Shown: positions 17,443 through 27,782, counted from the stretch's first letter. The stretch: DNA of 64,000 nt from a candidate division WOR-3 bacterium (GCA_039802265.1 JBDRWI010000003.1:2072-66071); one strand, 5' to 3'. Translations and numbers: made by a program. The notes: generated from the letters alone by a model not told the origin.

Positions 17443-19587
17443 ATGAATATAGAAAGTGAGATTGAACAGGCGCTGAAGGAGAATAAATTTGAAATTGCAG
17501 CCCAATTGATAGTTAAGGAGAGCCGTGAACTGCTACAACCAGGTAAAATTAAGATCCTGAGAGATCTTCTAAGAGTAATCCCCGAAGACGAATACTTGAG
17601 AAATCCAAAACTTTTACTCGTTAGTGCAAATACTGATTATCTAAGTGGTGAACTGCTCAGTGCCGAGAGGAAAATTAAGACAGCAATACCTAAATTGAAG
17701 AAGCAAAATGATAAATCAGGGCTTTCTGCGGCATACCGTTGTCTTTCTTATATCTATCAGGACATGGGAAAAAATAAAAAGGCGATTGAGGTATCAAAAC
17801 TTGGATTGAAGCTTTTATCATCCGATGACTTCCGTAGCAGAGCCGGTTTACTCTCCACAATGGCAGGAAGTTACTGGCGGCTTTTAAATTACCCAAAGGC
17901 ATTAAGGTTTTATAAAAAAGTTATGGATATCTACATAGCACTTGGTGACAAAGAAGGAGAAATCCGCACGCTCGCAAACTCATCAACAATAGATATGAAA
18001 TTAGGCAACTTTCAAAAGGCAAGGAAAGAAAAGGAAGAGGTGCTGAGATTTTATGAAAATTCAGATAATAGAAGGAGTTATTGCCTCGCTGCCTTAAATC
18101 TTGCGGCACTTTATCTTTTAATGCGGGAACTTGACCGTGCGGAATCACTCTCTACCACCGCAATCACCGAGGCGATGAAAATAGGTCTTGGACTCGCCAT
18201 CGGACCAGCAATGGTAAATTTAGGTGAGATAATGATGCTACAGAAAAAATTTAAACAAGCGGAGGATACCCTCCTACAGGCAATGAAAAAGACCGATGAT
18301 GCCCAGACTTCATCGTTTTTAACCAACTGCTGTATTGCATTAAGTAGATTATATCGCCTGCAGAATAAGATTGATTTAAGCAAAAAATATGCGCTAAAGG
18401 CATTGGAATCTTGCCCGGCAGATACACCAATTGAAAGGGCCGGTGCTGAGTTCAATATGGCACAATTACACTTTGCAACCGGCAGATACACAGAGGGTCT
18501 CAAATTATTGAATGAATCGCTTAACTATTATAAAAAAATGAAAATGGCATATCATATCGCCACTTGTTATTTGGAACGCACAGATGTTTTATTAAATCAA
18601 GAAAAAAAAGCATCTGCCGTTAAGACATTTTCAAAGGCACTCAATATCTGTCAGAGATACGGCTATGATTTTTTATTTGACCCATCAATTTTTAATAATT
18701 ACTGGCATCTTGTTGAAATCTTGAAACCAAGCCGCCCGGTTCTTTATATTAAAAAACTACATTTGAAATATAAACCACTACCGATAACTGGATTAAGACT
18801 GCCAAAGATAAAATTTTTCACCCTTGGAGAATTTGAAATCTTTGTAAATGGAGCAAAAATAGAAAGATGGCGAAGAAATTCGGCACGATGGGTATTGAGC
18901 CTACTCTTTACAAAACAGATAATAAATAGAGGTGGTGAACTCGTATTTGAAGATAAATTCGTTCCCAGGGATTCACTACTGCTCGCGCTCTGGCCCAATA
19001 AACCTCAGGCACTTGCCGTAATGAATCTACAGGTTGCTATAAACGAAGTGCGCAAAAGATTGGAGCCTGGTTTAAAAGAAGGAAAAAAATCACAAATAAT
19101 AGAATACGAAAATCACTCTTACCGGTTGAGGTTGGATAGAATCCACACCGACTTAGAAGATTTTTTGAAATTTTATCGTCAGGCAAGGCAATCAGAGATA
19201 TCCGGAAATTACAAAGATGCATCGAAATTCTACCAGAAAATCTTTGATTTGTATAAAGGTGATTTTCTGTCTGGTATTGATTTAACCGAAGTCTTTGCTA
19301 TTCGTGAAGAATTGAGTCAGATATTTGTAAGATCCTTACTGGCATCAGCACGGATAAACTTAAATGAAAAAAATATTGAGACAGCAGTCAACCAGTGTAA
19401 AATTGCATTAACAAAAGACCCTTACTCAGAAGAATGCTATCGCCTCTTGATGGAATGTTATGCACGGATGGATAGAAAGGATCTGGTATTAAAACAATAT
19501 GAAAAGATTAAAAACATCCTCAAGGATGATTTGGGGCTGGAACTGAGTAGGGAAACAGAGGATTTGAAGAATCGACTTCTATCGTAA
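17443..19587 (+). CDS. MalT-like TPR + wHTH + BTAD (SARP-type) transcriptional regulator
   Basis: Long TPR array, then FFTLGEFEI, LLALWP, VRKRLEP, LYKGDFL, DPYSEECYRLLM and LGLELSRET. Confidence 0.88.
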   Translation: MNIESEIEQALKENKFEIAAQLIVKESRELLQPGKIKILRDLLRVIPEDEYLRNPKLLLVSANTDYLSGELLSAERKIKTAIPKLKKQNDKSGLSAAYRCLSYIYQDMGKNKKAIEVSKLGLKLLSSDDFRSRAGLLSTMAGSYWRLLNYPKALRFYKKVMDIYIALGDKEGEIRTLANSSTIDMKLGNFQKARKEKEEVLRFYENSDNRRSYCLAALNLAALYLLMRELDRAESLSTTAITEAMKIGLGLAIGPAMVNLGEIMMLQKKFKQAEDTLLQAMKKTDDAQTSSFLTNCCIALSRLYRLQNKIDLSKKYALKALESCPADTPIERAGAEFNMAQLHFATGRYTEGLKLLNESLNYYKKMKMAYHIATCYLERTDVLLNQEKKASAVKTFSKALNICQRYGYDFLFDPSIFNNYWHLVEILKPSRPVLYIKKLHLKYKPLPITGLRLPKIKFFTLGEFEIFVNGAKIERWRRNSARWVLSLLFTKQIINRGGELVFEDKFVPRDSLLLALWPNKPQALAVMNLQVAINEVRKRLEPGLKEGKKSQIIEYENHSYRLRLDRIHTDLEDFLKFYRQARQSEISGNYKDASKFYQKIFDLYKGDFLSGIDLTEVFAIREELSQIFVRSLLASARINLNEKNIETAVNQCKIALTKDPYSEECYRLLMECYARMDRKDLVLKQYEKIKNILKDDLGLELSRETEDLKNRLLS

Positions 19588-19602
19588 ATTTTTTTATAAT
19601 TA

Positions 19603-19625
19603 GCAGGGCAAGGCTTTAGCCTTGC
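19603..19625 (+). repeat. REP-like palindrome, near-identical to 56181-56203
   Basis: GCAGG GCAAGGCT TT AGCCTTGC; one mismatch to the copy at 56181. Confidence 0.8.
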
Positions 19626-19907
19626 ATAAAAATGCTTCAGACCACACTGGCTGCCATACCCTAAAGCAATCGCTAACCCCTTTCACCACAACCTGGTAAG
19701 CCTCTGGTAAGTGTATTTTAGTAAAATTTATTGTGATTAGCAGGTTATATAATGACCGTTTTAAGGTTAAACAGTTCAAAAAAAGAAAAATAATTTCAAG
19801 GCAGAACAAAAAGAAAATGAGTAATAAATCTAAGAGATTATGGTTTTTAAGAATATACAAGGACTATGAAATCCGTAATTGGTCAATTGATTGAAAGGAG
19901 GTGCATT

Positions 19908-20444
19908 ATGCAGAGGCAGATAGCCTTGCTGATTTTTCTGTTGTCGTGTATCCAGATCGGCTCTGGATACATCCTCAAGTCCGATGTCCTATCAGGTGGT
20001 GGCACCGGAATGTTTTCTTCATCCTATATCGCAAAAGGCTCACTCTCCCAGATGACGACAAGTAGCCCCTGGTTAACAAGTTCCGGATACAAAGCAATCG
20101 TCGGTTTCTGGCATCCATATCCATTTGGACCAGGCGTGGAAGAAAAATTTTCAGGTCAGGGTCAAATTCCATTCCGATATTTCCTTTACCCTAATACACC
20201 CAATCCAGTGAGAGACTTTTTAACCATAAAATATTCAATTGCAAAAAGGAACAAAGTTATCCTTGATATCTATAATCCGCTGGGGCAAAAGGTCGCCACC
20301 CTGATAGATGAAGTGCAGAATCCAGGTGACTATAAAGTTACCTGGCATTTGCCAAAAAATTGTCTTCCTGCTGGAGTTTATTTCTATAGACTAAAGGCTG
20401 GAGACTATGAAAGTATAAAAAAGATGGTTCTTTTGCAAAAATAA
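19908..20444 (+). CDS. Small secreted protein with T9SS type-A/FlgD-like C-terminal domain
   Basis: AGGAGG RBS, signal peptide, VLSGGG...GSLSQ...GFW segment, then PNP...IYNPLGQKV...AGVYFYRL...KKMVL. Confidence 0.82.
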   Translation: MQRQIALLIFLLSCIQIGSGYILKSDVLSGGGTGMFSSSYIAKGSLSQMTTSSPWLTSSGYKAIVGFWHPYPFGPGVEEKFSGQGQIPFRYFLYPNTPNPVRDFLTIKYSIAKRNKVILDIYNPLGQKVATLIDEVQNPGDYKVTWHLPKNCLPAGVYFYRLKAGDYESIKKMVLLQK

Positions 20445-20455
20445 GGAGGTAAACC

Positions 20456-21778
20456 ATGAAGAAATTATTAGCAATAATCACCGGGGTATTGTTCACCACA
20501 ACAATCCCCTACGCCCTTGAATCTGATGGTGCATTCAGTATAAACAAGGGCAATGTGAAAATAGAAAAGATAGAGAAAGGAGATGCGGGACCATTATCTG
20601 TTCCCCTGAAACTCAATTATCAGGGTTATTTGACCGATAATAGTGGGAATGCGATAAACGATACCCTAACAATGGTCTTCAGGATATTTGATGCCCAGGC
20701 CGGCGGTAATCAACTATGGACATCAGGCAATCAACAAATCATTGTTAGTTCTGGTGTGTTCCACTATATTCTTAGTAATGTCCCATTGAGCATATTCTTA
20801 CCGGGGGAACCGAGATATCTTGAATTGACAGTTGAAGGGCAGATTTTAACTCCAAGGACTGAGGTCACGAGTGCACCATGGTCATATACTGCCACCTTTT
20901 CTGATACTGCGGGTGGGACAGCACGCATTGGCGGAAGACCGGTATCAAATGCCGCCCCTGCGGTCAATCAGGTCTTAAAATGGGATGGAACTCAATGGAA
21001 GCCTGCAAATGATACTTCTGTAGCCGATAATGACTGGATAATATCTGGGAATAATATGTATTCTGGTGTCACGGGCAATGTCGGTATTGGAACAATGAAC
21101 CCCAGGACAAAGTTTGAAGTTCGTGATGGTAATATTACGATGAGTGGTTCGCCCGCCGCCAGTGATACCGTCTATTCAGGAATCAGTCAAGAAGTAAATA
21201 ATCGTTTGGTCAATTTTGGGGTCAATTCAGGGCGCGAAGGTCCTTTTAACCCTAACTATTTGGGCTATTGGTTCAGGTGCGATACCCGCTCGGGCTCTCA
21301 AGGGTTCCATTTTTTCAGAAGAGATGCTGGAAATCCTGTGGGCACGGAGTTAGTAACAATCTCTGATTCCGGCAATGTCGGGATTGGTACATCAACGCCC
21401 CAATCCAAACTCCATGTGGTTGGTGATTTGAAGGTTGAGGGCAAAATCAATGGAACAAAGGTGTACAAAGGTGCGCTGTCTAGTGGTGCTACACTGGAGT
21501 TTACAGTCCCCAACGGTGCAACAATTGAAATCATACTCACAGATGCTAATGATAATTATGCTGGAACCTGGAGTGGGCATTATTATAATCAATATTTCTG
21601 TGGCACCTATATTGATAACAACGGAACCTCTGGCAAATCCCAAGCGTACGGTTTTAACAGTCAGATATTCTTGGATGTAGGCAACAGGGGAGTAGCAGAG
21701 ACCTTTGGACAAGTAGGTAAATTCAGGCTCCGTTGTATTAATAGTTGGTTAGAATATACGGTAAGGATAACGGAGTAA
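20456..21778 (+). CDS. Secreted fibre/adhesin-like protein
   Basis: Signal peptide; PLKLNYQGYLTD domain; NQVLKWDGTQWKP; two GNVGIGT...P..K repeats; AAGGAGG RBS. Confidence 0.7.
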   Translation: MKKLLAIITGVLFTTTIPYALESDGAFSINKGNVKIEKIEKGDAGPLSVPLKLNYQGYLTDNSGNAINDTLTMVFRIFDAQAGGNQLWTSGNQQIIVSSGVFHYILSNVPLSIFLPGEPRYLELTVEGQILTPRTEVTSAPWSYTATFSDTAGGTARIGGRPVSNAAPAVNQVLKWDGTQWKPANDTSVADNDWIISGNNMYSGVTGNVGIGTMNPRTKFEVRDGNITMSGSPAASDTVYSGISQEVNNRLVNFGVNSGREGPFNPNYLGYWFRCDTRSGSQGFHFFRRDAGNPVGTELVTISDSGNVGIGTSTPQSKLHVVGDLKVEGKINGTKVYKGALSSGATLEFTVPNGATIEIILTDANDNYAGTWSGHYYNQYFCGTYIDNNGTSGKSQAYGFNSQIFLDVGNRGVAETFGQVGKFRLRCINSWLEYTVRITE

Positions 21779-21835
21779 TAAAATCGATTATTGGCTGTCA
21801 AACCCTTCGTTTCACAAAGTGATTGATATCTTTAT

Positions 21836-21876
21836 GGAGGCTGGTGTAGATTGTGCAATATCAAACATCAGCCTCC
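21836..21876 (+). terminator. Stem-loop after the fibre gene
   Basis: GGAGGCTGGTGT ... ACATCAGCCTCC, 12 bp with one G-U pair; no clear U tract. Confidence 0.5.
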
Positions 21877-21916
21877 TATAATCCAAAATCAGATTCCGCA
21901 TACGAAGTAGAAGTTA

Positions 21917-22303
21917 GTGATTAAATTATACAGTAGAATCACTATGAACAATAAAATGGAAAAACCCGAAATGCTGAAAGCTTTTTTGTTTGTCGTAATC
22001 TCTTTATTATGCTTTTTTTGTAACAAAAAAGACAGGAAGTTGGTTATGCAAAATAGAATAAGGTGCCAGGTGATAAAAGATACCCGGATATATAAGTTTC
22101 GTCCGGACAAAAACTATGGGGATGGCGGAGGGTGGCAGGACATAACCGATCCGCTCCATCCAGTTACCCTCCCGAAATTATCCGATAATATAGCATCGGT
22201 CGTTACGATAAAGGGTTTCCGTTCTGAACGAGAAGGTGGAATATGTTATGAATTGGATGCGACACAAATTATGGAATCTCGCGATGCCTTATGTTCTCCT
22301 TGA
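21917..22303 (+). CDS. Hypothetical lipoprotein-like protein
   Basis: Hydrophobic stretch ending LLCFFC; true start probably a downstream Met. Confidence 0.5.
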   Translation: MIKLYSRITMNNKMEKPEMLKAFLFVVISLLCFFCNKKDRKLVMQNRIRCQVIKDTRIYKFRPDKNYGDGGGWQDITDPLHPVTLPKLSDNIASVVTIKGFRSEREGGICYELDATQIMESRDALCSP

Positions 22304-22473
22304 TTTTTTATTTATAATGTGTAGAATTTACCAACTTGAAGGCGTTCAGCGATTATAATAGATAAGTTTTTTTCAAAAATGTAGTGATAGAGTTTATTCT
22401 GCATAAAAAATAATATGTATTGGAATTTTGGATTTATCCAAGCATTAGCGAGGATTATGTTCAAGGAGGTCGT

Positions 22474-23601
22474 ATGCCTGATGAATATGTGGAAGTAAAA
22501 AGAACCGGCTGGGGACAGAACATAATAAAATCCATAAGTGGCATTATCATTGGATTTTTGATGTTTATTATCTCCTTTGTTGTTCTCTGGACAAACGAAG
22601 GCCGGACAAATCTCGGCAAGGTCGCTGAGACCGCCCTTATTGTCAGCCCTGATGCAATCAACTCCTCTGCTGATGGTAAACTGGTCTCAATAACTGGAAC
22701 ACTGGAAACGACCACACCAATCGGCGACCCTGAATTCCTAAAACCCGGCAAGTATGTGCGCCTTGAACGAATTGTTGAGATGTTCGCCTGGGTTGAAGAA
22801 AAAGAGACAAAGACGGAAAAGAAAGTCGGTGGCACAACCGAAGAAAAGACAGTTTATCGTTACAAAAAAGAATGGACAAGAAATCCTAAATCAAGTGGTG
22901 AATTCAAATATCCTGAAGGACACGAGAATCCATACAAATCAGTGAGTGAGCAGACTTTTTACGCACCAAGTGCAAAGATCGGTATATACAGTTTTGACCC
23001 TCAATCTGCAACATTACCATCGGCAAGGCCGGTTTATCTGACCACTCAAAATGTAATCTTTTCAAGGAATGGCAAATTGGTCGGTACCGATTATATCTTT
23101 ATCGGAAAAGGGACATTTGATAATCCACAGGTTGGTGATATTCGTTTACGCTTTGAGGCAGTTCAAACCGGCATATCTGTTACGCTCTTTGGAAAAAAAC
23201 AGGGTGAGAATATCATTGCCTATCTTCACAAGGGCAGGGACCGACTCTTTCGGGCACTCAGTGGAACCCGCGAAGAGGCGATTGCCACACTGAAGACCGA
23301 GCATAAGATGATAGGTTGGTTCTTGAGAATCGTAGGTTTCTTATTAATGTGGATTGGATTGAATCTCATCCTCGGTCCAATCGGTGCAATTCTTGATATC
23401 CTGCCATTTTTAGGAAATTTGAGCCGCGGGATTATCGGGGTGATTACCTTTCTTGTTGCCCTTGTTCTTTCAATTGTAACAATCTTAATCTCAATGATAT
23501 TCCACAATTTGGTAGCGCTCATTATTTTTATTATTGTTGTCGTAGCATTAATATTTTTGCTTCGTAGAAGAAAAAGACCAGTGCCTTCTACTACCGCCTG
23601 A
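22474..23601 (+). CDS. TMEM43 (DUF1625) family membrane protein
   Basis: N-terminal TM, LWTNEGR, RLERIVEMFAWVE, PQVGDIR and C-terminal TMs; ATG 22474 follows AAGGAGG. Confidence 0.88.
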   Translation: MPDEYVEVKRTGWGQNIIKSISGIIIGFLMFIISFVVLWTNEGRTNLGKVAETALIVSPDAINSSADGKLVSITGTLETTTPIGDPEFLKPGKYVRLERIVEMFAWVEEKETKTEKKVGGTTEEKTVYRYKKEWTRNPKSSGEFKYPEGHENPYKSVSEQTFYAPSAKIGIYSFDPQSATLPSARPVYLTTQNVIFSRNGKLVGTDYIFIGKGTFDNPQVGDIRLRFEAVQTGISVTLFGKKQGENIIAYLHKGRDRLFRALSGTREEAIATLKTEHKMIGWFLRIVGFLLMWIGLNLILGPIGAILDILPFLGNLSRGIIGVITFLVALVLSIVTILISMIFHNLVALIIFIIVVVALIFLLRRRKRPVPSTTA

Positions 23602-23612
23602 AAGAAGGAGAT

Positions 23613-24503
23613 TTGTCCGCTGCACGGATTGAAGTAATAAGATACTCTGAAGATGCAAAGGAACGTCTGCGCGTCTGTTTGAAATTTATCTTTGAACTAT
23701 TAAAGAAATACGGAAGGGGTGAAAAGAAGTTCCTTGTTGATGATTTTGAAGGTCAACATTCAGAAATTTATTCAATTGATGAAAACCTGGAAAAATTATT
23801 AGAAAATATCTCCTCTGGTCAGGAAGTAAAATTCCTAAATCTTTCTATTCCAGTATATGTCCATATTGATTTAGGCTACGAGATACATTTGAGTTCTGAT
23901 CATGGACAGGATTATGTAGATGATGTATTAGCAGTCTGGGAAGAAATATCAGGTAAAAGAGAGAAAGGGAGATTTGTAAGATTAAAAGACGAATTCGCAC
24001 TTGATAAAGTCGGCGAAATCTACTCAGGTGCCCTAAAACTGGACTTAGATAGTAATACCTTGGAGAAACTCAAGTTAAAGCGAATTTTTGCTTTCTTTTG
24101 TTTGGTTGACATAAAATTCGGGCTGAAGCATAAGAAATTTGTTGCCGAGGATTTACAATCGGTAAAGAAGAAAGAATTCAGCCTTGATTTAAGCTTTGAA
24201 GATTTCTATAAAGGTATTCAGGAATTAAAGATTGAAAATGTTGATGAAGGTGAATTCCAAGGTTCTTTTAAGACAGACCTTAATGATGGTGGAATGGTAG
24301 AACTTGATTTGCAAACTGATAGAGGCAAAGTCATATCCGATAAATACGAAACAAATCAAGATATAAAGAATATTTATTATTTCACACTCAAGTTGGAGCC
24401 GGCCACCTTAGAAAATTTAACTAAAGAGATTCTGGAGAACTTATCAGCACGTGTCCCTTCAATAGTTCTCAAGCGTTCAGAATCAAACAGAAGTCTCCCA
24501 TAG
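23613..24503 (+). CDS. Hypothetical protein
   Basis: 296 aa open frame with AAGGAG RBS; no motif recognised. Confidence 0.65.
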   Translation: MSAARIEVIRYSEDAKERLRVCLKFIFELLKKYGRGEKKFLVDDFEGQHSEIYSIDENLEKLLENISSGQEVKFLNLSIPVYVHIDLGYEIHLSSDHGQDYVDDVLAVWEEISGKREKGRFVRLKDEFALDKVGEIYSGALKLDLDSNTLEKLKLKRIFAFFCLVDIKFGLKHKKFVAEDLQSVKKKEFSLDLSFEDFYKGIQELKIENVDEGEFQGSFKTDLNDGGMVELDLQTDRGKVISDKYETNQDIKNIYYFTLKLEPATLENLTKEILENLSARVPSIVLKRSESNRSLP

Positions 24504-24518
24504 TGAAAAGCGAATATT

Positions 24519-25289
24519 ATGCAGGTAATTGTTGATGGCGTGACCTTTAGTAAAAAAGAGCAAATAAAGAAGATCATCAAAAGCCGAATCCTTGAAGGTA
24601 TTCCTGGCCCACCAGTGCCTTCAAAGAGTCTTGAGCCAAATTCTGAATGGCTTGAATTGGTTTATATTGCAGTGAAGAAAAATCCAATGGTAAAGAAGGA
24701 ATTTGAAGATGCTGTAGCCGAACTTCTCGATGACGACAATGTGACTCCAGAGCTAATCTATCTATTAACTGTGTGGCAGATACCCCATCTTCTCCCCAAA
24801 CTACTTGAATTAGGCAAATCAGAAAGACTCATTGGTGCTGATTGCACCCTTTATCATGATGCACACGAGGCGATAATAAACATATTTGCTGAAATTCCCT
24901 ATCCCCCAGCCAAGGAATTTTTGATCTCACAGTTAAAAAAGAGTAAATATGCCTCCCGGGCGCTCGTTGCATTGGCAAATATTGACATTGATGCTACACT
25001 AAAGGCACTACCAGGTATTTTGCGTAATGAGAAATATAAATGGCAATTGTTAATTGAGATAATTATGAATTCTGTTAAAGCATTTGGTTACACCACTGTA
25101 ACAAAGATTGCTGAGGCACTTACCAATGAGGATGATAAAATAAAAGAACTTTTCTATGCCCTGCTGCTCTGGAAGGTTGAAGAAAAGGAAATTTTAAAAG
25201 AGATAAAACCGAAACTATCGGATATCAAAAAAATCCTGAGGATAACAGAGGATATCGCGCCCCTCAATCCCAGGGATTGTCCTTTTTAA
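24519..25289 (+). CDS. Hypothetical alpha-helical (HEAT-like) protein
   Basis: 256 aa with an amphipathic helical repeat character. Confidence 0.6.
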   Translation: MQVIVDGVTFSKKEQIKKIIKSRILEGIPGPPVPSKSLEPNSEWLELVYIAVKKNPMVKKEFEDAVAELLDDDNVTPELIYLLTVWQIPHLLPKLLELGKSERLIGADCTLYHDAHEAIINIFAEIPYPPAKEFLISQLKKSKYASRALVALANIDIDATLKALPGILRNEKYKWQLLIEIIMNSVKAFGYTTVTKIAEALTNEDDKIKELFYALLLWKVEEKEILKEIKPKLSDIKKILRITEDIAPLNPRDCPF

Positions 25290-25352
25290 TTTTGATTGTC
25301 TTTGATTCAAATCGCATAGTTGACAAATAAAGAGGATTGGTTATAATAAGAT

Positions 25353-25766
25353 ATGCTTAATAAGATTGTCGTTCACTTTTTAGACCACCGGATTGAAAGG
25401 GGTTATACCACTGATTTCAATCCCGATAAACCGTTCTTTCATTTGATCGTAAAAGAAAACGATAAGGATAAATCAATACCCATAAAGATTGAAAATCTCA
25501 AGGCAGTATTCTTTGTAAAAGAATTATTGGGAAAATCAAGAACAAGGCCGGCGGAAAAGAAAACCTTTGAGGACCTAAAGGATAAAAAATTAATTGGCAA
25601 AAAAGTAAAGGTAGAATTTGTTGATAATGAGGTTCTGTATGGAATTACCCTCGGCTACTCACCCAAACGCCAGGGTTTCTTTTTTACACCAATTGACCCG
25701 GACAGTAATAACGAAAGAATCTTTGCGGTCCTGGGGGCGGTAAAAAGTGTTACTTTTTATGATTAA
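25353..25766 (+). CDS. Conserved hypothetical protein with internal duplication (DUF6982-like)
   Basis: NKIVVHFLD...GYTTDF and KVKVEFVD...GITLGY halves; LKAVFFVK; SNNERIF. Promoter TTGACA 25320 / TATAAT 25342. Confidence 0.75.
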   Translation: MLNKIVVHFLDHRIERGYTTDFNPDKPFFHLIVKENDKDKSIPIKIENLKAVFFVKELLGKSRTRPAEKKTFEDLKDKKLIGKKVKVEFVDNEVLYGITLGYSPKRQGFFFTPIDPDSNNERIFAVLGAVKSVTFYD

Positions 25767-25776
25767 TTGAATATCT

Positions 25777-27018
25777 TTATTCAATTAAAACAATCTTCAA
25801 CAGCGTTCTTTTTTTATTAAATCTAATGCGGCAGAAATACAGGCCAGCAGGTACTTTTCTACCTGTATCATCCCTTCCATCCCACAGGACAGTATATTCT
25901 CCGGGTAGTTGAATTGCCCTCAAAAGGTTTTTTGTTCTACGGCCATTTTGATCGTAAATGATAATCTCAACGGTGCTATATTCAGCAAGACTGTAGTTAA
26001 TCTCAGTCATCTTGGAAAAAGGATTGGGATGATTTGAGTTGGCACTCATTATAAATGGTTGGTCCGGTTTCTGCTTTGAGTAGATAGGAATCAAAATCGG
26101 CTGGGTATCTGGTTTTAAACAAACAAGTGTTTTGTTGGGTATTTCAATCCATAGCGAAGAAAAGGTATCAAGGGGCTGTGAGGCAGCAATCCAGAAATCT
26201 GAAATTTCAGTTGCCGGGTAAAAATAGGCAGTTATTGAGCCGGGTATAGACCTTGTAAAGTTTAGTGCCCAAAGTGTCTTTCCATCGGTCATTACAAAAT
26301 TCATTTCCCCGGACCTCGGTCCCAGGGCAGAATCCAGTTTGACGATTGCCAGTCTTATGCATTCTTCAATTGTCATTTGAAGATAGGTATCGATCACCTC
26401 TACCAGCAGAATTCCAAAGAGGTCGGAATCAAGGAAGTTCGGTGAATAATCAGGCGGGTTGTATTTAAGATAAAAGGGATTTATCTGATTAATGAGTCCT
26501 GATAATACATCCACTGGAATTGTTCCATTATGGGCAAAGAGCATATCAAACCTTCGATTGATACATCGGCGTCGGAAGGGATGGGGATTGGGGATACCGC
26601 TGACCGGACCACTTGTTCCCCGCCGGATATGCACGAGAGCAGTTCTATTACCGTATTTTATAATCTCATCAACTGACTCTTGATAGCGCGGATCAAAAGC
26701 CGCCTCAGGCTCGCCACGCCGGATTACCGGCAAAAAGGAAAAGGAATCAATGGCAAAAAAATATCCAATGCCCCAGCCATCTGGATTATTGAGGCTGAGT
26801 GCCCTCAATGAATCAAGTTGTCTCCGGATAGTCTCTTCAATCTGGGGTGTATTTTTTGAAAATGTTATCCCCCAGAAGCGACAATTGTGTTGATATCTCT
26901 CTTCCTTGCTACATTTCATAACAAAGGCGGCGAAGATAAAGAAAAAAATGCCAGCGGTTATTGGTCTCAGAAAGAGTGGGAAATCCTTTCGGTCTAACCA
27001 GTTGTTAAATCCGAGCAT
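25777..27018 (-). CDS. Exported class II glutamine amidotransferase (Ntn, EgtC/YafJ-like) with FlgD/T9SS-like tail
   Basis: CRFWG, NPDGWG, HIRRGT, NPHPF, FAHNG and DSD motifs; tail HPNPF...WDGRDDTGRKVPAGLYF. Confidence 0.85.
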   Translation of the reverse strand: MLGFNNWLDRKDFPLFLRPITAGIFFFIFAAFVMKCSKEERYQHNCRFWGITFSKNTPQIEETIRRQLDSLRALSLNNPDGWGIGYFFAIDSFSFLPVIRRGEPEAAFDPRYQESVDEIIKYGNRTALVHIRRGTSGPVSGIPNPHPFRRRCINRRFDMLFAHNGTIPVDVLSGLINQINPFYLKYNPPDYSPNFLDSDLFGILLVEVIDTYLQMTIEECIRLAIVKLDSALGPRSGEMNFVMTDGKTLWALNFTRSIPGSITAYFYPATEISDFWIAASQPLDTFSSLWIEIPNKTLVCLKPDTQPILIPIYSKQKPDQPFIMSANSNHPNPFSKMTEINYSLAEYSTVEIIIYDQNGRRTKNLLRAIQLPGEYTVLWDGRDDTGRKVPAGLYFCRIRFNKKRTLLKIVLIE

Positions 27019-27137
27019 ATATTATTATAATAACCAGATGATATTATGTCAATAATCACCATTTCCTCAAAACTATTGATTTTTAAAAGAACCTGGATAG
27101 AATTATGCGTATAAAATCTGATAGATAAGGAGACAAG

Positions 27138-27782
27138 ATGAAATTATATCTTGACACAGCAAATATAGAAGAGATAAAAGAAATCGCCCAGTGGGGCATC
27201 CTGGATGGTGTGACAACGAATCCATCCCTTTTGGCAAAGGAAAAGGGTAATTATAAAAATATATTAAAAGAGATCTGCGATATTGTAAAAGGACCGGTAA
27301 GCGGTGAGGTAATCAGTCTGGAGGCTAATGAGATGATAGAGGAGGCAAGGAATTTGAGCAAGATTAGCGATTATATTGTAATAAAAATTCCCTGCACCAG
27401 CGATGGGTTAAAGGCAACCAAGGTTTTAACAAAAGAAGGAATAAAGGTCAATATGACACTGGTCTTTTCGGCAAATCAGGCAATTCTTGCGGCAAAGTCA
27501 GGGGCAACCTACGTGAGCCCTTTTGTCGGACGCCTTGATGATATCGGAAATCCCGGTATAGAGGTAGTGCAGGATATAATCCAGATCTATCGTACTTATG
27601 AATTCCCCACTCAGGTGATATTTGCCTCAGTACGGCACCCTGAACATGTGCGTCAGGCCGCTTTAATCGGTGTCCATATTGCCACAATTCCTTACAAGGT
27701 CTTTATTCAACTGATTAAGCATCCTTTAACCGATATCGGCATTGAAAGATTTCTTAAGGACTGGCAGGCACATAAAGGATAG
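27138..27782 (+). CDS. tal: Transaldolase (FSA/TalC subfamily)
   Basis: LDTAN, GVTTNPS, VIKIP (Schiff-base Lys); the Glu in VSGEV and Phe in SPFVGR favour transaldolase over FSA. Confidence 0.93.
   Translation: MKLYLDTANIEEIKEIAQWGILDGVTTNPSLLAKEKGNYKNILKEICDIVKGPVSGEVISLEANEMIEEARNLSKISDYIVIKIPCTSDGLKATKVLTKEGIKVNMTLVFSANQAILAAKSGATYVSPFVGRLDDIGNPGIEVVQDIIQIYRTYEFPTQVIFASVRHPEHVRQAALIGVHIATIPYKVFIQLIKHPLTDIGIERFLKDWQAHKG

Noticed and set aside
20456-21778. Prophage tail fibre
   Set aside because: It has a signal peptide and no phage structural or replication genes nearby.
17266-25289. Genomic island integrated at tRNA-Lys
   Set aside because: The accessory-looking genes are on the 5' side of the tRNA; no integrase and no duplicated tRNA 3' end were seen.
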